Shown piece after piece: positions 1-12,500 of a stretch of 64,000 nucleotides of DNA (positions within the stretch are counted from its first letter, which is position 1; the number at the start of each line of letters is the position of its first letter). The notes beneath the pieces are model-generated. The model saw nothing but the letters and a program-made list of their open reading frames with translations. It was not told the origin of the DNA and searched no databases. The DNA lies in assembly GCF_902713615.1 (NCBI RefSeq), contig NW_024055500.1, forward strand, positions 4,700,135 to 4,764,134. The letters are read 5' to 3'. The DNA is from Scyliorhinus canicula. Taxonomy: Eukaryota. The position numbers were made by a program, and so were the translations under genes.

Positions 1-159
1 CCATTCCGCGGGATGAATTTGCGATGTCAATAGTTCCCATTGAAGATTTGCCATGTCAACCGTCACATTACATTGCAGCTGCAGCCTCCGGCCACCGGAT
101 GGCGACATTCTCACTGCATTGGTGATGGAGAGAAATCATTGCCTTAAGAATTCTGGGCC

Positions 160-3100
160 AGTACTGACCCTTTATCAGTGCGGCACTCCGTCAGTACTGA
201 CCCTCTGACAGTGCAGCACTCCCTCAGTACTGACCCTCTGACAGTGCGGCACTCCCTCAGTACTGACCCTCTGACAGTGCGGCACTCCCTCAGTACTGAC
301 CCCCTCTGACAGTGCAGCACTCCCTCAGTACTGACCCTCTGACAGTGCGGCACTCCCTCAGTACTGACCCTCTGACAGTGCGGCAGTCCCTCAGTACTGA
401 CCCTCTGACAGTGCGGCCCTCCCTCAGTACTGACCCTCTGACAGTGCGGCTCTCCCTCAGTACTGACCCTCTGACAGTGATGCACTCCCTCAGTACTGAC
501 CCTCTGACAGTGCGGCACTCCCTCAGTACTGACCCTCTGACAGTGCGGCAGTCCCTCAGTACTGACCCTCTGACAGTGCGGCACTCTCTCAGTACTGACC
601 CTCTGACAGTGCGGCACTCCCTCAGTACTGACCCTCTGACAGTGCAGCGCTCCCTCAGTACTGACCCTCTGACAGTGCAGCGCTCCCTCAGTACTGACCC
701 TCTCACAGGGCAGCACTCCCTCAGTAGTGACCCTCTGACAGTGCGGCACTCCCTCAGTACTGACCCACTGAGAGTGCGGCACTCCCTCAGTAGTGATCCT
801 CTGACAGTGCGGCACTCCCTCAGTACTGACCCTCTGACAGTGCGGCACTCCCTCAGTACTGACCTTCTGACGGTGCAGCACTCCCTCAGTACTGACCCTC
901 TGACAGTGCAGCACTCCCTCAGTACTGACCCTCTGACAGTGCGGCACTCTCTCAATACTGACCCTCCCACAGTGCGGCACTCCCTCAGTACTGACCCTCT
1001 GACAGTGCAGCATTCATTCAGTACTGACCCTCCGACAGTGCAGCACTCCCTCAGTACTGACCCTCTGACAGTGCGGCACTCTCTCAATACTGACCCTCCC
1101 ACAGTGCGGCACTCCCTCAGTACTGACACTCTGACAGTGAGGCACTCCCTCAGTACTGACCCTCTGACAGTGCGGCACTCCCTCAGTACTGACCCTCTGA
1201 CAGTGCAGCACTCCCTCAGTACTGACCCACTGACAGTGCGGCGCTCCCTCAGTACTCACCCTCTGACAGTGCAGCACTCCCTCAGTACTGACCATCTGAC
1301 AGTGCGGCGCTCCCTCAGTACTGACCCTCTGACAGTGCAGCATTCACTCAGTACTGACCCTCCGACAGTGCAGCACTCCCTCAGTACTGACTCCCTGACA
1401 GTGCGGCACTCCCTCAGTACTGACCCTCTGACAGTGCAGCACTCCCTCAGTACTGACCCTCTGACAGTGCGGCGCTCCCTCAGTACTGACCCTCTGACAG
1501 TGCAGCACTCCCTCAGTACTGAACCTCTGACAGTGCGGCACTCCCTCAGTACTGACCCTCTGACAGTGCGGCACTCACTCAATACTGACCCTCTGACAGT
1601 GCGGTGCTCCTTCAGTACTGACCCTCTGACAGTGCGGCACTCACTCAATACTGACCCTCTGACAGTGCGGCACTCCCTCAGTACTGACCCTCTGACAGTG
1701 CAGCACTCCCTCAGTACTGACCCTCTGACAGTGCGGCACTCCCTCAGTACTGACCCTCTGACAGTGCGGCACTCCCTCAGTACTGACCCTCTGACAGTGC
1801 GGCACTCCCTCAGTACTGACCCTCTGACAGTGCGGCACTCCCTCAGTACTGACCCTCTGACAGTGCGGCACTCCCTCAGTACTGACCCTCTGACAGTGCG
1901 GCACTCCCTCAGTACAGACCCTCTGACAGTGCGGCACTCCCTCAGTACTGACCCTCTGACAGTGCAGCACTCCCTCAGTACTGACCCTCTGACAGTGCGG
2001 CGCTCCCTCAGTACTGACCCTCTGACAGTGCGGCACTCCCTCAGTACTGACCCTCTGACAGTGCAGCACTCCCTCAGTACTGACCCTCTGACAGTGCGGC
2101 ACTCCCTCAGTACTGACCCTCTGACAGTGCGGCACTCCCTCAGTACTGACCCTCTGACAGTGCAGCACTCCCTCAGTACTGACCCTCTGACAGTGCGGCA
2201 CTCCCTCAGTACTGACCCTCTGACAGTGCGGCACTCCCTCAGTACTGACCCTCTGACAGTGCGGCACTCCCTCAGTACTGACCCTCTGACAGTGCGGCAC
2301 TCCCTCAGTACTGACCCTCTGACAGTGCGGCACTCCCTCAGTACAGACCCTCTGACAGTGCGGCACTCCCTCAGTACTGACCCTCTGACAGTGCAGCACT
2401 CCCTCAGTACTGACCCTCTGACAGTGCGGCGCTCCCTCAGTACTGACCCTCTGACAGTGCGGCACTCCCTCAGTACTGACCCTCTGACAGTGCAGCACTC
2501 CCTCAGTACTGACCCTCTGACAGTGCGGCACTCACTCAATACTGACCCTCTGACAGTGCGGCACTCCCTCAGTACTGACCCTCTGACAGTGCAGCACTCC
2601 CTCAGTACTGACCCTCTGACAGTGCGGCACTCCCTCAGTACTGACCCTCTGACAGTGCGGCACTCCCTCAGTACTGACCCTCTGACAGTGCGGCACTCCC
2701 TCAGTACTGACCCTCTGACAGTGCGGCACTCCCTCAGTACAGACCCTCTGACAGTGCGGCACTCCCTCAGTACTGACCCTCTGACAGTGCAGCACTCCCT
2801 CAGTACTGACCCTCTGACAGTGCGGCGCTCCCTCAGTACTGACCCTCTGACAGTGCGGCACTCCCTCAGTACTGACCCTCTGACAGTGCAGCACTCCCTC
2901 AGTACTGACCCTCTGACAGTGCGGCACTCCCTCAGTACTGACCCTCTGACAGTGCGGCACTCCCTCAGTACTGACCCTCTGACAGTGCGGCACTCCCTCA
3001 GTACTGACCCTCTGACAGTGCGGCACTCCCTCAGTACAGACCCTCTGACAGTGCGGCACTCCCTCAGTACTGACCCTCTGACAGTGCAGCACTCCCTCAG

Positions 3101-3418
3101 TACTGACCCTCTGACAGTGCAGCACTCCCTCAGTACTGACCCTCTGACAGTGCGGCACTCTCTCAGTACTGACCCTCTGACAGTGCAGCACTCCCTCAGT
3201 ACTGACCCTCTGACAGTGCGGCGCTCCCTCAGTACTGACTCTCTGACAGTGCGGCACTCCCTCAGTACTGACCCTCTGACAGTGCAGCACTCCCTCAGTA
3301 CTGACCCTCTGACAGTGCGGCACTCCCTCAGTACTGACCCTCTGACAGTGCGGCACTCCCTCAGTACTGACCCTCTGACAATGCAGCGCTCCCTCAGTAC
3401 TGACCCTCTGAGTGTGCG
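160..3418 (+). repeat. Minisatellite A, 33-bp unit CAGTACTGACCCTCTGACAGTGCGGCACTCCCT, about 99 copies
   Basis: Direct reading; source of the 1107-aa HSLSTDPLTVR ORF and the antisense PHCQRVSTEGV ORFs. Confidence 0.98.
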
Positions 3419-3541
3419 GATCTCCCTTCAGACTCATCGTGGGGACTTTCTGATCCTTCCAGTTGATCTGATGTTTATATTTCTGTCCATCAACAGCTTG
3501 GTGACTTGCAGTAACTATAATATATTTTGCTCCTTTCACAG

Positions 3542-3588
3542 AACAACAAGTTCCGGGCCAAAGTTTACAACAATACAAAAAGCAGCAG
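3542..3588 (+). CDS. RBM39/RBM23: Candidate coding exon a (47 nt, NNKFRAKVYNNTKSS)
   Basis: Acceptor ttttgctcctttcacag|, donor ag|gtaaac, phase 0-2. Size and phase resemble the short second coding exon of RBM39 (DENKL...), but sequence similarity is weak. Confidence 0.6.
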
Positions 3589-6500
3589 GTAAACTCTCCC
3601 AGGACAGGTACAGCACGGGGTTAGATACAGAGTAAAGCTCCCTCTACACTGTCCCCATCAAACACTCCCAGGACAGGTACAGCACGGGGTTAGATACAGA
3701 GTAAAGCTCCCTCTACACTGTCCCCATCAAACACTCCCAGGACAGGTACAGCACGGGGTTAGATACAGAGTAAAGCTCCCTCTACACTGTCCCCATCAAA
3801 CACTCCCAGGACAGGTACAGCACGGGGTTAGATACAGAGTAAAGCTCCCTCTACACTGTCCCCATCAAACACTCCCAGGACAGGTACAGCACGGGGTTAG
3901 ATACAGAGTAAAGCTCCCTCTACACTGTCCCCATCAAACACTCCCAGGACAGGTACAGCACGGGGTTAGGTACAGAGTAAAGCTCCCTCTACACTGTCCC
4001 CATCAAACAGTCCCAGGACAGGTACAGCACGGGGTTAGATACAGAGTAAAGCTCCCTCTACACTGTCCCCATCAAACACTCCCAGGACAGGTACAGCACG
4101 GGGTTAGATACAGAGTAAAGCTCCCTCTACACTGTCCCCATCAAACACTCCCAGGACAGGTACAGCACAGGGTTAGATACAGAGTAAAGCTCCCTCTACA
4201 CTGTCCCCATCAAACAGGCCCAGGACAGGTACAGCACGGGGTTAGATACAGAGTAAAGCTCCCTCTACACTGTCCCCATCAAACCGTCCCAGGACAGGTA
4301 CAGCACGGGGTTAGATACAGAGTAAAGCTCCCTCTACACTGTCCCCATCAAACACTCCCAGGACAGGTACAGCACGGGGTTAGATACAGAGTAAAGCTCC
4401 CTCTACACTGTCCCCATCAAACACTCCCAGGACAGGTACAGCACGGGGTTAGATACAGAGTAAAGCTCCCTCTACACTGTCCCCATCAAACACTCCCAGG
4501 ACAGGTACAGCACAGGGTTAGATACAGAGTAAAGCTCCCTCTACACTGTCCCCATCAAACAGCTCCCAGGACAGGTACAGCACGGGGTTAGATACAGAGT
4601 AAAGCTCCCTCTACACTGTCCCCATCAAACACTCCCAGGACAGGTACAGCACGGGGTTAGATACAGAGTAAAGCTCCCTCTACACTGTCCCCATCAAACA
4701 CTCCCAGGACAGGTACAGCACGGGGTTAGATACAGAGTAAAGCTCCCTCTACACTGTCCCCATCAAACACTCCCAGGACAGGTACAGCACGGGGTTAGAT
4801 ACAGAGTAAAGCTCCCTCTACACTGTCCCCATCAAACACTCCCAGGACAGGTACAGCACGGGGTTAGATACAGACTAAAGCTCCCTCTATACTGTCCCCA
4901 TCAAACACTCCCAGGACAGGTACAGCACGGGGTTAGATACAGAGTAAAGCTCCCTCTACACTGTCTCCATCAAACAGTCCCAGGACAGGTACAGCACGGG
5001 GTTAGATACAGAGTAAAGCTCCCGTCTACACTGACCCCATCAAACACTCCCGGGACAGGTACAGCACGGGGTTAGATACAGAGTAAAGCTCCCTCTACAC
5101 TGTCCCCATCAAACACTCCCAGGACAGGTACAGCACGGGGTTAGATACAGAGTAAAGCTCCCTCTACACTGTCCCCATCCAACACTCCCAGGACAGGTAC
5201 AACACGGGGTTAGATACAGAGTAAAGCTCCCTCTACACTGTCCCCATCAAACACTCCCAGGACAGGTACAGCACGGGGTTAGATACAGAGTAAAGCTCCC
5301 TCTACACTGTCCCCATCAAACACTCCCAGGACAGGTACAGCACGGGGTTAGATACAGAGTAAAGCTCCCTCTACACTGTCCCCATCAAACACTCCCAGGA
5401 CAGGTGCAGCACGGGGTTAGATACAGAGTAAATGCTGCCTCTACACTGTCCCCATTAAACACTCCCAGGACAGGTACAGCACGGGGTTAGATACAGAGTA
5501 AAGCTCCCTCTACACTGTCCCCATCAAACACTCCCAGGACAGGTACAGCACGGGGTTCGATACAGAGTAAAGCTCCCTCTACACTGTCCCCATCAAAGAC
5601 TCCCAGGACAGGTACAGCACGGGGTTAGATACAGAGTAAAGCTCCCTCTACACTGTCCCCATCAAACACTCCCAGGACAGGTACAGCACGGGGTTAGATA
5701 CAGAGTAAAGCTCCCTCTACACTGTCCCCATCAAACACTCCCAGGACAGGTACAGCACGGGGTTAGATACAGAGTACAGCTCCCTCTACACTGTCCCCAT
5801 CAAACAGTCCCAGGACAGGTACAGCACGGCGTTAGATACAGAGTAAGCTCCCTCTACACTGTCCCCATCAAACACTCCCAGGACAGGTACAGCACGGGGT
5901 TAGATACAGAGTAAAGCTCCCTCTGCACTGTCCCCATTAAACACTCCCAGGACAGGTACAGCACGGGGTTAGATACAGAGTAAAGCTCCCTCAACACTGT
6001 CCCCATCAAACACTCCCAGGACAGGTACAGCACGGGGTTAGATACAGAGTAAATCTCCCACTACACTGTTCCCATCAAACACTCCCAGGACAGGTACAGC
6101 ACGGGGTTAGATACAGAGTAAAGCTCCCTCTACACTGTCCCCATCAAACACTCCCAGGACAGGTACAGCACGGGGTTAGATACAGAGTAAAGCTCCCTCT
6201 GCACTGTCCCCATCAAACACTCCCAGGACAGGTACAGCACGGTGTTAGATACAGAGTAAAGCTCCCTCTGCACTGTCCCCATTAAACACTCCCAGGACAG
6301 GTACAGCACGGGGTTAGATACAGATTAAAGCTTCCTCTACACTGTCCCCATCAAACACTCCCAGGACAGGTACAGCACGGGGTTAGATACAGAGTAAAGC
6401 TCCCTCTACACTGTCCCCATCAAACACTCCCAGGACAGGTACAGCACGGGGTTAGATACAGAGTAAAGCTCCCTCTACACTGTCCCCATCAAACACTCCC

Positions 6501-9500
6501 AGGACAGGTACAGCACGGGGTTAGATACAGAGTAAAGCTCCCTCTAGCACTGTCCCCATCAAACACTCCCAGGACAGGTACAGCACGGGGTTAGATACAG
6601 AGTAAAGCTCCCTCTACACTGTCCCCATCAAACACTCCCAGGACAGGTACAGCACGGGGTTAGATACAGAGTAAAGCTCCCTCTACACTGTCCCCATCAA
6701 ACACTCCCAGGACAGGTACAGCACGGGGTTAGATACAGAGTAAAGCTCCCTCTACACTGTCCCCATCAAACACTCCCAGGACAGGTACAGCACGGGGTTA
6801 GATACAGAGTAAAGCTCCCTCTACACTGTCCCCATCAAACACTCCCAGGACAGGTACAGCACGGGGTTAGATACAGAGTAAAGCTCCCTCTACACTGTCC
6901 CCATCAAACACTCCCAGGACAGGTACAGCACGGGGTTAGATACAGAGTAAAGCTCCCTCTACACTGTCCCCATCAAACACTCCCAGGACAGGTACAGCAC
7001 GGGGTTAGATACAGAGTAAAGCTCCCTCTACACTGTCCCCATCAAACACTCCCAGGACAGGTACAACACGGGGTTAGATACAGAGTAAAGCTCCCTCTAC
7101 ACTGTCCCCATCAAACACTCCCAGGGACAGGTACAGCACGGGGTTAGGATACAGAGTAAAGCTCCCTCTACACTATCCCCATCAAACACTCACAGGACGG
7201 TTACAGCAGAGGGTTAGATACAGAGTAAAGCTCCCTCTACACTGTCCCCATCAAACACTCCCAGGAAAGGTACAGCACGGGGTTAGATACAGAGTAAAGC
7301 TCCCTCTACACTGTCCCCATCAAACACTCCCAGGACAGGTACAGCACGGGGTTAGATACAGAGTAAAGCTCCCTCTACACTGTCCCCATCAAACACTCCC
7401 AGGACAGGTACAGCACGGGTTAGATACAGAGTAAAGCTCCCTCTACACTGTCCCCATCAAACACTCCCAGGACAGGTACAGCACGGGGTTAGATACAGAG
7501 TAAAGCTCCCTCTACACTGTCCCCATCAAACACTCCCAGGACAGGTACAGCACGGGGTTAGATACAGAGTAAAGCTCCCTCTACACTGTCCCCATCAAAC
7601 ACTCCCAGGACAGGTACAGCACGGGGTTAGATACAGAGTAAAGCTCCCTCTACACTGTCCCCATCAAACACTCCCAGGACAGGTACAGCACGGGGTTAGA
7701 TACAGAGTAAAGCTCCCTCTACACTGTCCCCATCAAACACTCCCAGGACAGGTACAGCACGGGGTTAGATACAGAGTAAAGCTCCCTCTACACTGTCCCC
7801 ATCAAACAGCACCAGGACAGGTACAGCACGGGGTTAGATACAGAGTAAAGCTCCCTCTACACTGTCCCCATCAAACAGTCCCAGGACAGGTACAGCACGG
7901 GGTTAGATACAGAGTAAAGCTCCCTCTACACTGTCCCCATCAAACACTCCCAGGACAGGTACAGTACGGGGTTCGATACAGAGTAAAGCTCCCTCTACAC
8001 TGTCCCCATCAAACACTCCCAGGACAGGTACAGCACGGGGTTAGATACAGAGTAAAGCTCCCTCTACACTGTCCCCATCAAACACTCCCAGGACAGGTAC
8101 AGCACGGGGTTAGATACAGACTAAAGCTCCCTCTATACTGTCCCCATCAAACACTCCCAGGACAGGTACAGCACGGGGTTAGATACAGAGTAAAGCTCCC
8201 TCTACACTGTCCCCATCAAACACTCCCAGGACAGGTACAGCACGGGGTTAGATACAGAGTAAAGCTCCCTCTACACTGTCCCCATCAAACACTCCCAGGG
8301 CAGGTACAGCACGGGGTAGGATACAGAGTAAAGCTCCCTCTACACTGTCCCCATCAAACACTCACAGGACAGGTACAGCACGGGGTTAGATACAGAGTAA
8401 AGCTCCCTCTACACTGTCCCCATCAAACACTCCCAGGGACAGGTACAGCACGGGGTTAGATACAGAGTAAAGCTCCCTCTACACTGTCCCCATCAAACAC
8501 TCCCAGGACAGGTACAGCACAGGGTTAGATACAGAGTAAAGCTCCCTCTACACTGTCCCCATCAAACAGGCCCAGGACAGGTACAGCACGGGGTTAGATA
8601 CAGAGTAAAGCTCCCTCTACACTGTCCCCATCAAACAGTCCCAGGACAGGTACAGCACGGGGTTAGATACAGAGTAAAGCTCCCTCTACACTGTCTCCAT
8701 CAAACACTCCCAGGGACAGGTACAGCACGGGGTTAGATACAGAGTAAAGCTCCCTCTACACTGTCCCCATCAAACACTCCCAGGACAGGTACAGCACGGG
8801 GTTAGATACAGAGTAAAGCTCCCTCTACACTGTCCCCATCAAACACTCCCAGGACAGGTACAGCACAGGGTTAGATACAGAGTAAAGCTCCCTCTACACT
8901 GTCCCCATCAAACACGCCCAGGACAGGTACAGCACGGGGTTAGATACAGAGTAAAGCTCCCTCTACACTGTCCCCATCAAACACTCCCAGGACAGGTACA
9001 GCACGGGGTTAGATACAGAGTAAAGCTCCCTCTACACTGTCCCCATCAAACACTCCCAGGACAGGTACAGCACGGGGTTAGATACAGAGTAAAGCTCCCT
9101 CTACACTGTCCCCATCAAACACTCCCAGGACAGGTACAGCACGGGGTTAGATACAGAGTAAAGCTCCCTCTACACTGTCCCCATCAAACACTCCCAGGAC
9201 AGGTACAGCACAGGGTTAGATACAGAGTAAAGCTCCCTCTACACTGTCCCCATCAAACACGCCCAGGACAGGTACAGCACGGGGTTAGATACAGAGTAAA
9301 GCTCCCTCTACACTGTCCCCATCAAACACTCCCAGGACAGGTACAGCACGGGGTTAGATACAGAGTAAAGCTCCCTCTACACTGTCCCCATCAAACACTC
9401 CCAGGACAGGTACAGCACGGGGTTAGATACAGAGTAAAGCTCCCTCTACACTGTCCCCATCAAACACTCCCAGGACAGGTACAGCACGGGGTTAGATACA

Positions 9501-12500
9501 GAGTAAAGCTCCCTCTACACTGTCCCCATCAAACACTCCCAGGACAGGTACAGCACGGGGTTAGATACAGAGTAAAGCTCCCTCTACACTGTCCCCATCA
9601 AACACTCCCAGGACAGGTACAGCACGGGGTTAGATACAGAGTAAAGCTCCCTCTACACTGTCCCCATCAAACACTCCCAGGACAGGTACAGCACGGGGTT
9701 AGATACAGAGTAAAGCTCCCTCTACACTGTCCCCATCAAACACTCCCAGGACAGGTACAGCACGGGGTTAGATACAGAGTAAAGCTCCCTCTACACTGTC
9801 CCCATCAAACACTCCCAGGACAGGTACAGCACGGGGTTAGATACAGAGTAAAGCTCCCTCTACACTGTCCCCATCAAACACTCCCAGGACAGGTACAGCA
9901 CGGGGTTAGATACAGAGTAAAGCTCCCTCTACACTGTCCCCATCAAACACTCCCAGGACAGGTACAGCACGGGTTAGATACAGAGTAAAGCTCCCTCTAC
10001 ACTGTCCCCATCAAACACTCCCAGGACAGGTACAGCACGGGGTTAGGTACAGAGTAAAGCCCCCTCTACACTGTCCCCATCAAACACTCCCAGGACAGGT
10101 ACAGCACGGGGTTAGATACAGAGTAAAGCTCCCTCTACACTGTCCCCATCAAACACTCCCAGGACAGGTACAGCACGGGGTTAGATACAGAGTAAAGCTC
10201 CCTCTACACTGTCCCCATCAAACACTCCCAGGACAGGTACAGCACGGGGTTAGATACAGAGTAAAGCTCCCTCTACACTGTCCCCATCAAACACTCCCAG
10301 GACAGGTACAGCACGGGGTTAGATACAGAGTAAAGCTCCCTCTACACTGTCCCCATCAAACACTCCCAGGACAGGTACAGCATGGGGTAGGATACAGAGA
10401 TAAGCTCCCTCTACACTGTCCCCATCAAACACTCCCAGGACAGGTACAGCACGGGGTTAGATACAGAGTAAAGCTCCCTCTACACTGTCCCCATCAAACA
10501 CTCCCAGGACAGGTACAGCACGGGGTTAGATACAGAGTAAAGCTCCCTCTACACTGTCCCCATCAAACACTCCCAGGACAGGTACAGCACGGGGTTAGAT
10601 ACAGAGTAAGCTCCCTCTACACTGTCCCCATCAAACACTCCCAGGGACAGGTACAGCACGGGGTTAGATACAGAGTAAAGCTCCCTCTACACTGTCCCCA
10701 TCAAACACTCCCAGGACAGGTACAGCACGGGGTTAGATACAGAGTAAAGCTCCCTCTACACTGTCCCCATCAAAGCACTCCCAGGACAGGTACAGCACGG
10801 GGTTAGATACAGAGTAAAGCTCCCTCTACACTGTCCCCATCAAACACTCCCAGGACAGGTACAGCACGGGGTTAGATACAGAGTAAAGCTCCCTCTACAC
10901 TGTCCCCATCAAACACTCCCAGGACAGGTACAGCACGGGGTTAGATACAGAGTAAAGCTCCCTCTACACTGTCCCCATCAAACACTCCCAGGACAGGTAC
11001 AGCACGGGGTTAGATACAGAGTAAAGCTCCCTCTACACTGTCCCCATCAAACACTCCCAGGACAGGTACAGCACGGGGTTAGATACAGAGTAAAGCTCCC
11101 TCTACACTGTCCCCATCAAACACTCCCAGGACAGGTACAGCACGGGGTTAGATACAGAGTAAAGCTCCCTCTACACTGTCCCCATCAAACACTCCCAGGA
11201 CAGGTACAGCACGGGGTTAGATACAGAGTAAAGCTCCCTCTACACTGTCCCCATCAAACACTCCCAGGACAGGTACAGCACGGGGTTAGATACAGAGTAA
11301 AGCTCCCTCTACACTGTCCCCATCAAACACTCCCAGGACAGGTACAGCACGGGGTTAGATACAGAGTAAAGCTCCCTCTACACTGTCCCCATCAAACACT
11401 CCCAGGACAGGTACAGCACGGCGTTAGATACAGCCTCTACACTGTCCCCATCAAACACTCCCAGGACAGGTACAGCACGGGGTTAGATACAGAGTAAAGC
11501 TCCTCTACACTGTCCCCATCAAACACTCCCAGGACAGGTACAGCACGGGGTTAGATACAGAGTAAAGCTCCCTCTACACTGTCCCCATCAAACACTCCCA
11601 GGACAGGTACAGCACGGGGTTAGATACAGAGTAAAGCTCCCTCTACACTGTCCCCATCAAACACTCCCAGGACAGGTACAGCACGGGGTTAGATACAGAG
11701 TAAAGCTCCCTCTACACTGTCCCCATCAAACACTCCCAGGACAGGTACAGCACGGGGTTAGATACAGAGTAAAGCTCCCTCTACACTGTCCCCATCAAAC
11801 ACTCCCAGGACAGGTACAGCACGGGGTTAGATACAGAGTAAAGCTCCCTCTACACTGTCCCCATCAAACACTCCCAGGACAGGTACAGCACGGGGTTAGA
11901 TACAGAGTAAAGCTCCCTCTACACTGTCCCCATCAAACACTCCCAGGACAGGTACAGCACGGGGTTAGATACAGAGTAAAGCTCCCTCTACACTGTCCCC
12001 ATCAAACACTCCCAGGACAGGTACAGCACGGGGTTAGATACAGAGTAAAGCTCCCTCTACACTGTCCCCATCAAACACTCCCAGGACAGGTACAGCACGG
12101 GGTTAGATACAGAGTAAAGCTCCCTCTACACTGTCCCCATCAAACACTCCCAGGACAGGTACAGCACGGGGTTAGATACAGAGTAAAGCTCCCTCTACAC
12201 TGTCCCCATCAAACACTCCCAGGACAGGTACAGCACGGGGTTAGATACAGAGTAAAGCTCCCTCTACACTGTCCCCATCAAACACTCCCAGGACAGGTAC
12301 AGCACGGGGTTAGATACAGAGTAAAGCTCCCTCTACACTGTCCCCATCAAACACTCCCAGGACAGGTACAGCACGGGGTTAGATACAGAGTAAAGCTCCC
12401 TCTACACTGTCCCCATCAAACACTCCCAGGACAGGTACAGCACGGGGTTAGATACAGAGTAAAGCTCCCTCTACACTGTCCCCATCAAACACTCCCAGGA

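Noticed and set aside
1-160. Start exon (MADD/MASDD...EAMLEAPYKK) of the RBM gene
   Set aside because: No frame matches; the start exon probably lies upstream of the window.
3432-3500. Possible poison-exon-like cassette (cag|actc...cttg|gtga)
   Set aside because: It would leave only a 41-nt intron before exon a, too short for normal vertebrate splicing.
3542-3588. Alternative frame TTSSGPKFTTIQKAAG resembling the RBM39 SGPKF exon
   Set aside because: It would end in phase 1, incompatible with exon b, and is in the wrong order relative to the RS exons; treated as coincidence.
312-3635. 1107-aa ORF and overlapping antisense ORFs
   Set aside because: The 33-bp unit is a multiple of 3 and stop-free in several frames; there is no true ATG context or splice logic, and the same family occurs inverted elsewhere in the window.
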